Source: Myxococcales bacterium (GTDB lineage: Bacteria; Myxococcota_A; UBA9042). Taken from it: 64,000 nt of DNA. The notes beneath the pieces are model-generated. The model had not been told where the DNA came from, searched no databases, and saw nothing but the letters and a program-made list of their open reading frames with translations. The translations under genes were made by a program, and so were the position numbers. The DNA is taken from NCBI GenBank assembly GCA_037441385.1, contig JBBISH010000019.1:1-64000 (forward strand), in the 5' to 3' direction. Positions 28,323-37,593 of the stretch are shown here, in pieces; position 1 is the first letter of the stretch, and each line of letters opens with the position of its first letter.

Positions 28323-28754
28323 ATGTATCGGGCTCCAGAACTGCGCAAGTTATCGCGCGAACACAACGACGCCTTGACCTTGGCGCGCGATGTGAGGTGG
28401 GCACGCCTGTCGGGCGAGGCCTGGCTGGCCCAGCGAGCGGCCTTCGAGCTGGCGCTCGCCTGGCAAACCGCCATGGAGGCGCATTTTGGCGACGAAGAGC
28501 GAGTGTTGCGCCCGTACTTCCTGGACGACGAGCGCCGCGACTTTGACGAGCAACACGCGCGGCTGCGCAAAGGCTTTGCCGACTTGCTGGCCACCGTGGG
28601 CGAACACTACGCCGATCCGGACCTGGCCGCCGATCTGGCCGACGCGCTGCGCGCCCATGTCCGCTGGGAAGAGCAGTCCCTGTATCCGGCCTTGCAGAAC
28701 CGGCTCCAACCCCAGGAACTCGCCACGGTCGGCGCCGCACTGGGCGTGCGGTAG
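28323..28754 (+). CDS. Hemerythrin-domain protein
   Basis: LSREHNDAL, HFGDEE, EQH, HVRWEE iron-ligand pattern. Confidence 0.85.
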   Translation: MYRAPELRKLSREHNDALTLARDVRWARLSGEAWLAQRAAFELALAWQTAMEAHFGDEERVLRPYFLDDERRDFDEQHARLRKGFADLLATVGEHYADPDLAADLADALRAHVRWEEQSLYPALQNRLQPQELATVGAALGVR

Positions 28755-28787
28755 CCCAGACCCGCTCAACACAAACTAGGAGAGACG

Positions 28788-29129
28788 ATGGCGCACGATG
28801 CACCCAAGCCGGGCAAGTTGCCTGGTACCTATCTGAGATTCATCGAGAAGTATCCCGACCTGGGCGAGACCCACGAGCGCGTGGCCAAGATCGTCGATCA
28901 GGCGGGGCCGCTCGATCGCAAGACCTGTGAACTCGTCAAGATCGGTTTGGCCGTGGGCGCCGGTCTGGAGTCGGCGGTGCGCAGTCACGTGCGCCGTGCC
29001 ATGCAACATGGTGCAACGGAACAAGAAATCGAGCAGGCGGTGCTGCTGGCGATGAACACGCTCGGCTTCCCGCGCACGGTGGCGGCGTGGAGCTGGGCGC
29101 GGCAACAGATCGATCGCGGCGTCGACTAG
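28788..29129 (+). CDS. Carboxymuconolactone decarboxylase (CMD) family protein
   Basis: LDRKTCELVKIGLA, SHVRRAMQHGATEQEI, GFPR; no CxxC. Confidence 0.88.
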   Translation: MAHDAPKPGKLPGTYLRFIEKYPDLGETHERVAKIVDQAGPLDRKTCELVKIGLAVGAGLESAVRSHVRRAMQHGATEQEIEQAVLLAMNTLGFPRTVAAWSWARQQIDRGVD

Positions 29130-29148
29130 TCCGACTGGTCTGGAGCGA

Positions 29149-30747
29149 CTACAGAATTCGCTCCCAGTCCTTGGGGCTTTGCTGCCACACGGGCACGCCG
29201 CAGTAGCGATCGCCTTCGGGGCAGATCGGCCGAATACCCGCGGCAAACCGCACCGCGCAGGGCGGCAACAACCAGCGACCCAATTCGGGCTCAACCGCGG
29301 AAATTTGCTGGGCCTCTTCCAGGCTCGCCTGCCAGATCTCCTCCTGCGCATTGAAGCAGAGTCGCATCGCGTGCTTGTGGCGCAGCGCCTGCAAGTCCGA
29401 GGTCTCGGTCATACGCACGTGGACGGCGTTCGGCAGCAGGTAGGCGCGGAACTCCGCAGACACACCCAGGTTTTCCAGCTCCGCGATCGCTTGCCAGGTC
29501 AGGTCCATCGACTGGCGGTACAGCGCCTCGGCCGCCCCGCCCGCGTAGCGAATCAGCCGCGGCACCATGAAGTCCGGCTCGACACCCAGCAGCGTCTGGA
29601 CCAACGGCCGCGCGGCAGGCGTCATGCGGTGCCGCTGGTCCTGACTGTCCGCCGCGTGCGAAAGCTTCTTGGCAAACGCGTAGTGTGCCGAGCTCAGCGC
29701 CCGGCCCAGCTTCTGGTGATGCACGGTCTGCAGACTCTCGCCCAAGAGCGGATTATTCTTGGGATCCAACGCCAACGCGATCGCCGCGCTGTCGCTCAAC
29801 CGGGCCCGCGTCAGGCCCAACACCTGCCGAACCGAGTCGGCCACGCGCTGCGGATTGTTGGCAAAGCGGTCCAGCAGCAGGCTGGTGCGATCGCCCAACT
29901 GCTCGTCGAATTCGCGAGCCATGGCTAGGGCTTGCGTCCCGTGCTCCGCCGCTGCGCGCCAGGATGGCAGGGCCTCGGTCGGCATCGGCTCCACGCCCAA
30001 GTTGCGCAGCAGGGGATCGTGCTCGAACAGGGCGTCGCACATGGCGAACACCACTTCGCGGGCCTCGGTGGGCGTGTCGGGCTCCTGGCACAGGCGGCGG
30101 TAGCGCAGCAGCGTCAGCACCGAGATCGTGTGCACCAGCCAGGTGTGTGTGCCCAGCGGCAGTACGTAACGCGCTACCTCTTGCGCACGCTTGTGGACCG
30201 CCCCTCGCCATCGATCCGGGCGCTTGGCGCGGGCGCGGAACACCGCAAAGTACTCGCTGGCCGCCACCGGCTCCAAGAGCGCGATCAAGGCTTGATAGTC
30301 GCGGGTCTGGCGCTCGACGCACGCGCGGTAGATGCGGGCGGCCGGCTCGGGAAGCTGCGGCAGCGCCACGCGGTCTGGGCGAACTTCCACATACCGCTGG
30401 CTGACTTGCTCACTGTTGTAGAACGGATGGGCGTGCAGGAACGACCACACGAACTGCCGCGACACGTCGTCCAACGCAAACGACACGTGGCCGTGCTGAA
30501 GCGTGGTGTGGTGTCCGGCGGCGAAGGTACTGGCCGCGATGCGATCGCGTTGCTCGCGCCGCGCCTTGGCTTGCTCGGGGGCCAGGCCGTCGCCCGACAC
30601 TTGCGCCGCCCGCACCACTCCGCCGCCACTGTAGCAAGTGCGCGCCGCGGCAACGCTTTCTTCGTACGAGCGCGGCGTGGCCCAGAGCAGCGCCACTTTG
30701 GGCGGGCGGGCAAACGGCGACTCTGGGCTACTGCGGTAGTTCGTCAC
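29149..30747 (-). CDS. thyX: Double-length FAD-dependent thymidylate synthase (ThyX-like)
   Basis: GHHTTLQH, VSR, EQVSQRYV, ARYVLP in the N-half; QRHR, RAYLLPNA, RLCFNAQEEI in the C-half. Confidence 0.78.
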   Translation of the reverse strand: MTNYRSSPESPFARPPKVALLWATPRSYEESVAAARTCYSGGGVVRAAQVSGDGLAPEQAKARREQRDRIAASTFAAGHHTTLQHGHVSFALDDVSRQFVWSFLHAHPFYNSEQVSQRYVEVRPDRVALPQLPEPAARIYRACVERQTRDYQALIALLEPVAASEYFAVFRARAKRPDRWRGAVHKRAQEVARYVLPLGTHTWLVHTISVLTLLRYRRLCQEPDTPTEAREVVFAMCDALFEHDPLLRNLGVEPMPTEALPSWRAAAEHGTQALAMAREFDEQLGDRTSLLLDRFANNPQRVADSVRQVLGLTRARLSDSAAIALALDPKNNPLLGESLQTVHHQKLGRALSSAHYAFAKKLSHAADSQDQRHRMTPAARPLVQTLLGVEPDFMVPRLIRYAGGAAEALYRQSMDLTWQAIAELENLGVSAEFRAYLLPNAVHVRMTETSDLQALRHKHAMRLCFNAQEEIWQASLEEAQQISAVEPELGRWLLPPCAVRFAAGIRPICPEGDRYCGVPVWQQSPKDWERIL

Positions 30748-31513
30748 CGTCGCTCCCTGGGGTCGGCTCGTCCGCCGCGTCGGTGGGATCGGCCGCGCCG
30801 TCGCCGCCAGGACCTGGGACGCCCAGCAAGGCTAGTTCGTCCAGCGAGACCGCGCGCGCCATACCGGGCTGCAGCGCCGGGTCCAGCCACAGGTCGCCGA
30901 CCCGCTCGCGATGGAGCGCGACCACACTCGAGCCACAGGCCGCAACCATGCGTTTGACCTGGTGGTATTTGCCCTCGCGCAGAATCACGCGCACGTGGCA
31001 GTCCCCCAGCAGTTCCAGGGTCGCCGGCGCACAGTGCGTCCCGTCGGCCAGATCGATGCCCGCCGCGAATTGCCCCACGGCGGCGGCCGGCAGCGGCTCG
31101 CTCAGCGTCGCGAGATACGCTTTCTCTACGTGGCGGCGCGGGTGCGTCAGGGCGTGGTTCAAGCCCCCATCCGTCGTCAGCAGCAGCAGCCCCGTGGTGT
31201 CCTTGTCCAATCGCCCGATGGGCGCCAAGTCGCGCCGTCGCAAGTCTTCGGGAATACACGACATCACTGTTGGGCTGTTGCCTTCCTCGGTCGACGTGAT
31301 GACCCCGGCGGGCTTGTTCAACATCACCAGCAAGTGCCCGGTCGGGCGCACGACTTGGCCGCGCCACAGCACCACGTCGCGCCCGACCACCACTTGGTGG
31401 CCAGCGTCGCGCACGTTCTTGCCGTTGACGGCGACCTTGCCGAAGCGCACTTGCTTCAGGGCCTCGCTCCGCGGCATTCCACAGCCTTGGCTCAAGTAGC
31501 GGTCCAGACGCAT
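30728..31513 (-). CDS. rsuA: RsuA-family pseudouridine synthase
   Basis: MRLDRYL S4 domain, LNKPAG, GRLDKDTTGLLLLT, EGKYHQVKRM. Confidence 0.9.
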   Translation of the reverse strand: MRLDRYLSQGCGMPRSEALKQVRFGKVAVNGKNVRDAGHQVVVGRDVVLWRGQVVRPTGHLLVMLNKPAGVITSTEEGNSPTVMSCIPEDLRRRDLAPIGRLDKDTTGLLLLTTDGGLNHALTHPRRHVEKAYLATLSEPLPAAAVGQFAAGIDLADGTHCAPATLELLGDCHVRVILREGKYHQVKRMVAACGSSVVALHRERVGDLWLDPALQPGMARAVSLDELALLGVPGPGGDGAADPTDAADEPTPGSDGDELPQ

Positions 31514-31519
31514 GATCGC

Positions 31520-33502
31520 CTAGCCCACCAGGCGGCGTGCGCGCGCCACCACGTTCTCGACCGTCAGGCCAAACTCCTTGGCCAGCACCTTGTCGGGAGC
31601 CGAGGCGCCAAACGTGTCGATACTCACCACGTCGCCCCGCTCGCCAACAAACCGCAGCCAAGGCAGGCGGCTGCCGGCTTCGATGCACAGCTTGGGCACG
31701 CCGACCGGCACGACCTCGCGCCGGTACTCGGCGGTCTGGGCATCGAACAGTTCCAGCGACGGCATCGACACGACCCGGGCGCCATAGCCGCTGCGCTCCA
31801 GCTCGGCTTGGGCCCCCAGCGCCAGCTGCACTTCAGAACCTGTCGCGATCAGAACCACTTGCAGGCTCGCCGACTCGGGGCTCAGCACGTAGCCGCCGTG
31901 GGCCACCGCGGCAAAGGCGTCCATACCCGCCGGTCGCTGCAGCTCGGGGACGTTCTGCCGGGTCAAGGCCAGCGCAGTCGGCGCCTTGGTGCGCCGCAAC
32001 GCCACAGCGTAGGCCGCGCATGTCTCGGTCAGATCCGCCGGGCGCAGGGTCACCAGGTTGGGAATCGTGCGCATCGCGGCCAAAGTCTCGACCGGTTGGT
32101 GGGTTGGGCCATCCTCGCCCACAAACACCGAGTCGTGTGTGTAGGCGTAGATCACGGGCAGCCCCATCAGCGCCGCCAGTCGCACGGCTGGCCGCATGTA
32201 GTCGTGAAAGACCAAGAACGTGGACACCACCGGCACATAGCCGCCGGCCGCCGCCAGACCATTGGCGATGGCCCCCATGGCGTGCTCGCGGATGCCCCAG
32301 TGGATATTGCGTCCGCTCCATGCGCCCTTTTGCACGTACTCCTCGCCGGGGATCACCGCGAACGTCGAGTGCCCCAAGTCAGCGGAACCACAAAACAGTT
32401 GCGGCACGTGCGGCGCCAGGGCCTTCAGCACCGCCTCGCCAGCCTTGCGGGTCGACATGCCCGGTCCCACCGGTTGCGTCGGCCAGGCCACCTGCTGCAG
32501 ATCTGCGGGTTGCGGTCCCGCCAGCTCGGCCAAGAGCCGCTGACCTTCGGTCGACTTGGCCCGCTCGTCCCAGCTCTTCCGCAGGGTTTGCCGTTGCGGC
32601 CCAGCCTGGCGCAGGTGCGCGACCACGGCCGGGTCGATGGCAAAGAACTGCTCGGGATCCAAGCCGATGGCGCGCTTGGTGGCGGCGACCTCGTCTGGAC
32701 CCAGCGGCGCGCCGTGGACCTTGTTGCTGCCGGCCAATTTGGGCGAACCCTTGCCGATGGTGGTCGTGCAAATGATCAAGCTGGGGTGGTCGGTCTCGCT
32801 GCGAGCTTGCTCAATCGCCGCTGCCACTTGCGCGCGATCGTGCCCGTCGACCCGCAGCACCTGCCAGCCATAGGCCTGGTAGCGCAGCCCCACGTCCTCG
32901 GTAAAGGTCAGCTCGGTGCGGCCGTCGATGGTGATGTGGTTGCTGTCGTACAGCACGATCAGGCGGCCCAGCCCCAGGTGCCCGGCGAGCGAACTGGCCT
33001 CGGCCGACACGCCCTCTTGCAGGCAGCCGTCGCCGGCGATCACGTAGGTGTAGTGATCTTGCAGATCCTTTCCAAAACGCTGCCTTCCGCGCTCTTCGGC
33101 GATGGCCATGCCCACCGCGTTGCAGATGCCCTGACCCAGAGGCCCGGTGGTGATCTCTACGCCTGCGGTGTGCCCATATTCGGGGTGCCCAGGTGTCTTG
33201 CTGTTCAATTGCCGGAAGTTCTGCAGCTGCTCCAACGGGAGATCGAACCCGTACAGGTGCAACAAAGCGTAGAGCAGCGACGATCCATGGCCCGCCGATA
33301 GCACGAAGCGATCGCGATCCGGCCAACTGGGCGCCGTGGGATCGAACTTGAGGAATTGCTGCCACAGCACGTAGGCGACGTCGGCGATTCCCAGCGGCAA
33401 GCCCGGGTGCCCCGAGTTGGCCTTTTGGATCATGTCGATGGCCAGACCGCGAACGGTCGCGACGGCCAGATCCTCTAGAACGTGCTGATTTGGTGTGGTC
33501 AT
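31520..33502 (-). CDS. tkt: Transketolase
   Basis: SGHPGLPLG, RDRFVLSAGH, GDGCLQEG, HDSVFVGEDGPTHQP. Confidence 0.97.
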   Translation of the reverse strand: MTTPNQHVLEDLAVATVRGLAIDMIQKANSGHPGLPLGIADVAYVLWQQFLKFDPTAPSWPDRDRFVLSAGHGSSLLYALLHLYGFDLPLEQLQNFRQLNSKTPGHPEYGHTAGVEITTGPLGQGICNAVGMAIAEERGRQRFGKDLQDHYTYVIAGDGCLQEGVSAEASSLAGHLGLGRLIVLYDSNHITIDGRTELTFTEDVGLRYQAYGWQVLRVDGHDRAQVAAAIEQARSETDHPSLIICTTTIGKGSPKLAGSNKVHGAPLGPDEVAATKRAIGLDPEQFFAIDPAVVAHLRQAGPQRQTLRKSWDERAKSTEGQRLLAELAGPQPADLQQVAWPTQPVGPGMSTRKAGEAVLKALAPHVPQLFCGSADLGHSTFAVIPGEEYVQKGAWSGRNIHWGIREHAMGAIANGLAAAGGYVPVVSTFLVFHDYMRPAVRLAALMGLPVIYAYTHDSVFVGEDGPTHQPVETLAAMRTIPNLVTLRPADLTETCAAYAVALRRTKAPTALALTRQNVPELQRPAGMDAFAAVAHGGYVLSPESASLQVVLIATGSEVQLALGAQAELERSGYGARVVSMPSLELFDAQTAEYRREVVPVGVPKLCIEAGSRLPWLRFVGERGDVVSIDTFGASAPDKVLAKEFGLTVENVVARARRLVG

Positions 33503-33550
33503 GCGGTCCTCGGCGCGGCGGAACGGTCCCGGCCGGGGGCTACTATGCCA

Positions 33551-33618
33551 CACCTGCCTTCACCTGCCACGCCTTCACCTGCCACGCCTTCGCCTGCCAC
33601 GCCGTCACCTGCCACGCC
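33551..33618. repeat. 15-bp minisatellite (TTCACCTGCCACGCC) x4 plus a partial unit
   Basis: Units start at 33559, 33574, 33589 and 33604 (two single-base variants); partial CACCTGCC at 33551. Confidence 0.92.
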
Positions 33619-34463
33619 TACGGCTGCCGCGCGCGCGCCTCGCGGACTTTGGCCGCCAACAAGAGCAGGTGGGCGCACTGCACCACGGCGTCCTCGGTGT
33701 CCCAGGTGCTGCCGCTGGTGGTCACGGTGGTCTTGGTCCCTTGGCCCTCGCTGCTGGTGCGGGTCGGCACACCGATCGGCGCAACCTTGCCGCCGGCCCG
33801 TTCCAGGCGCGGATCCCAGGCGCTCGGCGCGAGCTGCCGCAGAAGATCGAGCAAAAGCATATAGTTTGATGTTGACGACGCCGTCTTGGCCGCGCCCAGG
33901 CCCGAGTAGTCCATGCCCTCGGCCTGCAGCTCAAAGAGCAGATCGCCACCCGGACCCTGCCGCCGCGGCCACAGCAAGCAAAAGAAGCTCTGGTCAAATT
34001 GCTTCTGCTGCTCGACCTCGACCTTCTTTTGCGGAATTGGCATTCCCATTGCCAGTTGCGCCATTCCCACTTTGCGGGTGACGGTCGTGGTGGTCGTGGT
34101 CTGGCCCGAGTCGGCGCGGCATGGCAGAACCAAACCAATCTCTTCGAATTTCAAGCGGTAGCTCTGGGTCCGACCGATCAGCTCCAGCCCCCCTTGGAAG
34201 CGGGCAAAAGAGCGAACCTCGATGCGATCGGGCAGCATGTCCAGGGCCGCGCGCGAAATCGCCCACGCTTGCAGACCCACTTCGCGCAGAGCATTGGCGC
34301 CGCGCTGGACCGCCACGGACTGCTCGCTCCACATCGCCAGGAACGGCAGGTTTCTCAATAGCTTCTGCCGCTGATCGTAGGCGGTACCGCCGGCCAACTC
34401 GGCCAGGACCGCGGCAGCCTTTTGGATGTCATTCGCGGGCGGAACGATCAAGATCCCGTACAT
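33618..34463 (-). CDS. Hypothetical protein
   Basis: Protein-like composition from MYGILIV; fits between PLD and tkt on the same strand. Confidence 0.7.
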   Translation of the reverse strand: MYGILIVPPANDIQKAAAVLAELAGGTAYDQRQKLLRNLPFLAMWSEQSVAVQRGANALREVGLQAWAISRAALDMLPDRIEVRSFARFQGGLELIGRTQSYRLKFEEIGLVLPCRADSGQTTTTTTVTRKVGMAQLAMGMPIPQKKVEVEQQKQFDQSFFCLLWPRRQGPGGDLLFELQAEGMDYSGLGAAKTASSTSNYMLLLDLLRQLAPSAWDPRLERAGGKVAPIGVPTRTSSEGQGTKTTVTTSGSTWDTEDAVVQCAHLLLLAAKVREARARQP

Positions 34464-34557
34464 CGCGCCCCCGTGTCGCTTGGCATCATGGCCAACCTTG
34501 TGCCGATTGTGCGGGGTACCAGCCGCGGTGTCTACGCAGTACCCAGGCAAGCCACAT

Positions 34558-35769
34558 CTAATTGCGCTTGACCACCGGGTAGTCGCGGCAAGCGTCCAGG
34601 TCGGCGGCGTAGCGGCTCTGCCACAACTGTTGGAAAAGACCGCCCGCTTGTTTGACCACCTCGGTCGCGCCGATCACCAACTCCACGTTGCGCGACTCGT
34701 CCAGATAGCCGCCCTCCCAATTGCTGGTCCCCACCCACAGCGTCGTGTCGTCAAAGATCGCGTATTTGCTGTGGATCACCCGAGCGAATGGGATGCGGCC
34801 GCGCTTGGCCGCCGGAATGGTGACCATTTTGATCGCCACGCCGGGGACGCGTCCCAGGCTCTGCAGCCACGCGATCGCCGGCCGGTCCGTATTCCAATCC
34901 GCCACCATCAGCTCCACCTTGACCCCGCGGGCAGCCGCCCGGCGCAGCGCGTTGTCGATGGGGGCGTAGAATGCGTGTCCGCCAAAGCGAAGTGGAGCAT
35001 ACTTCATGACTTGCACGCGCACGCTCTGCTTGGCCGCGTCGACCAAGCGCACCAGCTCGGCCTCGCTTTCGCCCACGCCGGCCGGCAGCCAGGGCCGCGG
35101 GCTGGCCACCAAGTAGCCGATCTCGTTGCGCTCTGCCGTGGTCGGTGGCAGCGGCGGCGTGGCTTCTTTGGCCTGCTGCCGGGCTTGCGCTTGCCAGTCG
35201 TGATCGAAGATCGCCTGCAACTGGCCCGCGATGTGGGTATCTCGAATCAAAACACCAAGTTCGTGGATGTGGCTCAGCGACCGCCAATCGAAGTTCTGGC
35301 TGCCCAAGTAGCCCAGCTTGCCGTCCACTACCCAAAACTTGGCGTGGATGATGCCGCCGGCCTTGCGCTCGGGACCCGGGTCCAGCAGCCCCCAATTCAG
35401 CACGCGCACCTGAGTATTGGGCCACTGCGCCAGTTTGTCCAAGGTGGGCTGCGACTGCCTGCGCATCTTTTCTTCTACCAACACGCGCACTTGCACGCCG
35501 CGCCGCGCAGCCTTCTCCAAGCTCGCCAGCACTCCGTCCAGCGCTTCGCCCGCTTGCTCGGCCAGGTAGAACTGCTCGATATCGATGGTCTTACTCGCGC
35601 TCGCGAACACCTCGGCCCACAGCGGCGCTGGCGGCCGCAATGGCTGGTGCAGCTCCGTTTCGGCGGGCTCGCTGTAAATGAGCTCGAAGCGCGGCGGCTC
35701 CGCCCACGCCGACAGCGCGGGCAGCAACATGGCCGCGGCAGTCGCCAAAAGCCGTTTCCAGTTCTGCAT
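34558..35769 (-). CDS. Secreted phospholipase D-family protein
   Basis: Two HKD motifs (HAKFWVVD..GSQN; HSKYAIFD..GTSN); signal peptide. Confidence 0.92.
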   Translation of the reverse strand: MQNWKRLLATAAAMLLPALSAWAEPPRFELIYSEPAETELHQPLRPPAPLWAEVFASASKTIDIEQFYLAEQAGEALDGVLASLEKAARRGVQVRVLVEEKMRRQSQPTLDKLAQWPNTQVRVLNWGLLDPGPERKAGGIIHAKFWVVDGKLGYLGSQNFDWRSLSHIHELGVLIRDTHIAGQLQAIFDHDWQAQARQQAKEATPPLPPTTAERNEIGYLVASPRPWLPAGVGESEAELVRLVDAAKQSVRVQVMKYAPLRFGGHAFYAPIDNALRRAAARGVKVELMVADWNTDRPAIAWLQSLGRVPGVAIKMVTIPAAKRGRIPFARVIHSKYAIFDDTTLWVGTSNWEGGYLDESRNVELVIGATEVVKQAGGLFQQLWQSRYAADLDACRDYPVVKRN

Positions 35770-35796
35770 CTTTGTCCTCTGTTCTGCCCTCTACTC

Positions 35797-35935
35797 TGTC
35801 ATACCAATTCCGTCCGAATCGGATCGAAAAACTTGGACAATTCTCCGGGCCCGAACCGGGGTCCCCGCCTGATTCTCGCCAGTTGCACAACGGATCAGAA
35901 GACGCGTATAGGCGTGAATCAGGTGGGGTGCGTAT
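35797..35935. repeat. Family B interspersed two-hairpin element, copy 2
   Basis: See copy 1; abuts the TAA of the metallophosphoesterase gene. Confidence 0.9.
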
Positions 35936-37407
35936 TACTGGCGCTGCGAGGCCATCAACTTGACCGTCTCGGCCGTCGCGGGATTGTACGGCAGCGGCAC
36001 GCGCGCACCGGGTGGCCACTCCCATACTTGCAGCTGCCGGCGTTCGCCAGTCAGCGGCCGGATCCACGCGAACGTCTGCGTGCCAATCCGGCGCTTGCAT
36101 TCGGGTTCGGCAAAGGCGGGCGACCAAAAACCTACGTTGCACACCTGCAGCGGGCCGATCGCTTCGACCGTGGGCTGGTGGGTGTGGCCCAGCACGGCCA
36201 TCTCGGCGCCCGTAATCCGGCGAATCTGCTCGGATAACTTGTCGTCCAGCAGGGGCTTGGCAAAGGTCTCTGGCTTGACGTGGAACGAGTACTGCAAGAA
36301 CAGCGGGAACAGCAACCCAAACGGCAGCAACACCCAGAACGGACTGATCGGCACAAGGAAATTGACCGCGAGCACCAACTGCCACGCCGCGTACACCATC
36401 GCCACAAACAGCAGGCCGCGGTCCAGCCACAGCTCGCGCATGATCATGAGCGGATTGGTACAGGCCGACGGCACGGTCGCCGCCGCCAACTGCCGCACCA
36501 TCGCGGGAGTGGCGCGGGCGCGCTCGGCGATCGCGTCGACCCGCTGCTCCACGGTCAGCGGATCGCGCAGCGCCGGCCGGATGAACTCGGCCAACGTGAT
36601 CACGGCGGTGATGTGGGCCGACCAAAACCACGTCCACAGCAGCAGCGGCTGCGTGCGGAACATATACCGGAAGAAGAACGCCACATATTCCGTGGCGGTC
36701 ATGATGTAGTTCGCCGTGGCGTGCGGATTGAAATAGCCCATGCCGTTCAGCATGTAGCGATTCGCCACGTCGCCAAAGGGCAAACGCACGCGCGGCTGGC
36801 CGCTCACCGAAATCAACGGATGCACTGGGTCCGGCACCGTGCAATACGGGTCCTGCAGGTGACCGTGACTGATGTACGTGTCGCCATTCGAAAGATAGAA
36901 CCACTCGCAGAATCGCACGTTGGCCTGCTCGGCCTCGGCCACTTGCAGCGCTTGCCGCACTTGCCGTTGCACGTCGGGCCAATACAGCTCCAGGTCGTGG
37001 TTGCCCACCACAAAGACCAGCGTGTGGCCGCGCCGCGCCACCTCGCCCAGCTCGCGCATCAAGTCATTGTGATCATTTAGGATACACCCCATCTTGAACG
37101 CCGACATCCACTGTTCGCTGCCCAGACCGCGCAGGCGTGCCAGCCAGTGGATTCGCGATGCGGGCGGATCGGGCTGAGCCATCACCGGGTCGAAGTCGAA
37201 CACGTCGCCGTTCAACACGACTTCCAGGTGTTCCCCGGCGGCTTCGGCGGTGGCCACGGCGTGGCGCAGCAGCGAGATCACGTCGGTGTCGACAAAGTAG
37301 GCGCGACGGCGAAAAGCGCGCCACAGCGGCCGCCGCGGGTCCTCGGGCTCGGCGTCAGATAGGTGCAGATCCGAAAAAACGATGGTCTGCGTAGGGCGTT
37401 CGGGCAT
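35935..37407 (-). CDS. Calcineurin-like metallophosphoesterase with membrane insert
   Basis: SDLH, NGDVFD, GNHD, HGH, GHTH; two hydrophobic helices before the last motif. Confidence 0.85.
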   Translation of the reverse strand: MPERPTQTIVFSDLHLSDAEPEDPRRPLWRAFRRRAYFVDTDVISLLRHAVATAEAAGEHLEVVLNGDVFDFDPVMAQPDPPASRIHWLARLRGLGSEQWMSAFKMGCILNDHNDLMRELGEVARRGHTLVFVVGNHDLELYWPDVQRQVRQALQVAEAEQANVRFCEWFYLSNGDTYISHGHLQDPYCTVPDPVHPLISVSGQPRVRLPFGDVANRYMLNGMGYFNPHATANYIMTATEYVAFFFRYMFRTQPLLLWTWFWSAHITAVITLAEFIRPALRDPLTVEQRVDAIAERARATPAMVRQLAAATVPSACTNPLMIMRELWLDRGLLFVAMVYAAWQLVLAVNFLVPISPFWVLLPFGLLFPLFLQYSFHVKPETFAKPLLDDKLSEQIRRITGAEMAVLGHTHQPTVEAIGPLQVCNVGFWSPAFAEPECKRRIGTQTFAWIRPLTGERRQLQVWEWPPGARVPLPYNPATAETVKLMASQRQ

Positions 37408-37593
37408 GCGTAGGCGACTCCGCGGCGTGCGCGTCCACCATAGCAGATGCAGCCGCTCTGTCGCATTTTGCAACTGTACCGGTCGCCGCAGCCCGTCAAG
37501 CTCACCGAACTGTCACGCCCACCCTTGCGGCCGCCCAGGCTGCGTGCTCCGATCTTGCGTACGCGGCGGTCCCTCCTGCCGCCAAGGCAGTCC

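Noticed and set aside
28788..29129. AhpD peroxidase call
   Set aside because: Lacks the CxxC motif, so kept as CMD family
33551..33618. CRISPR array
   Set aside because: 15-bp units with no spacers, and no cas genes in the window
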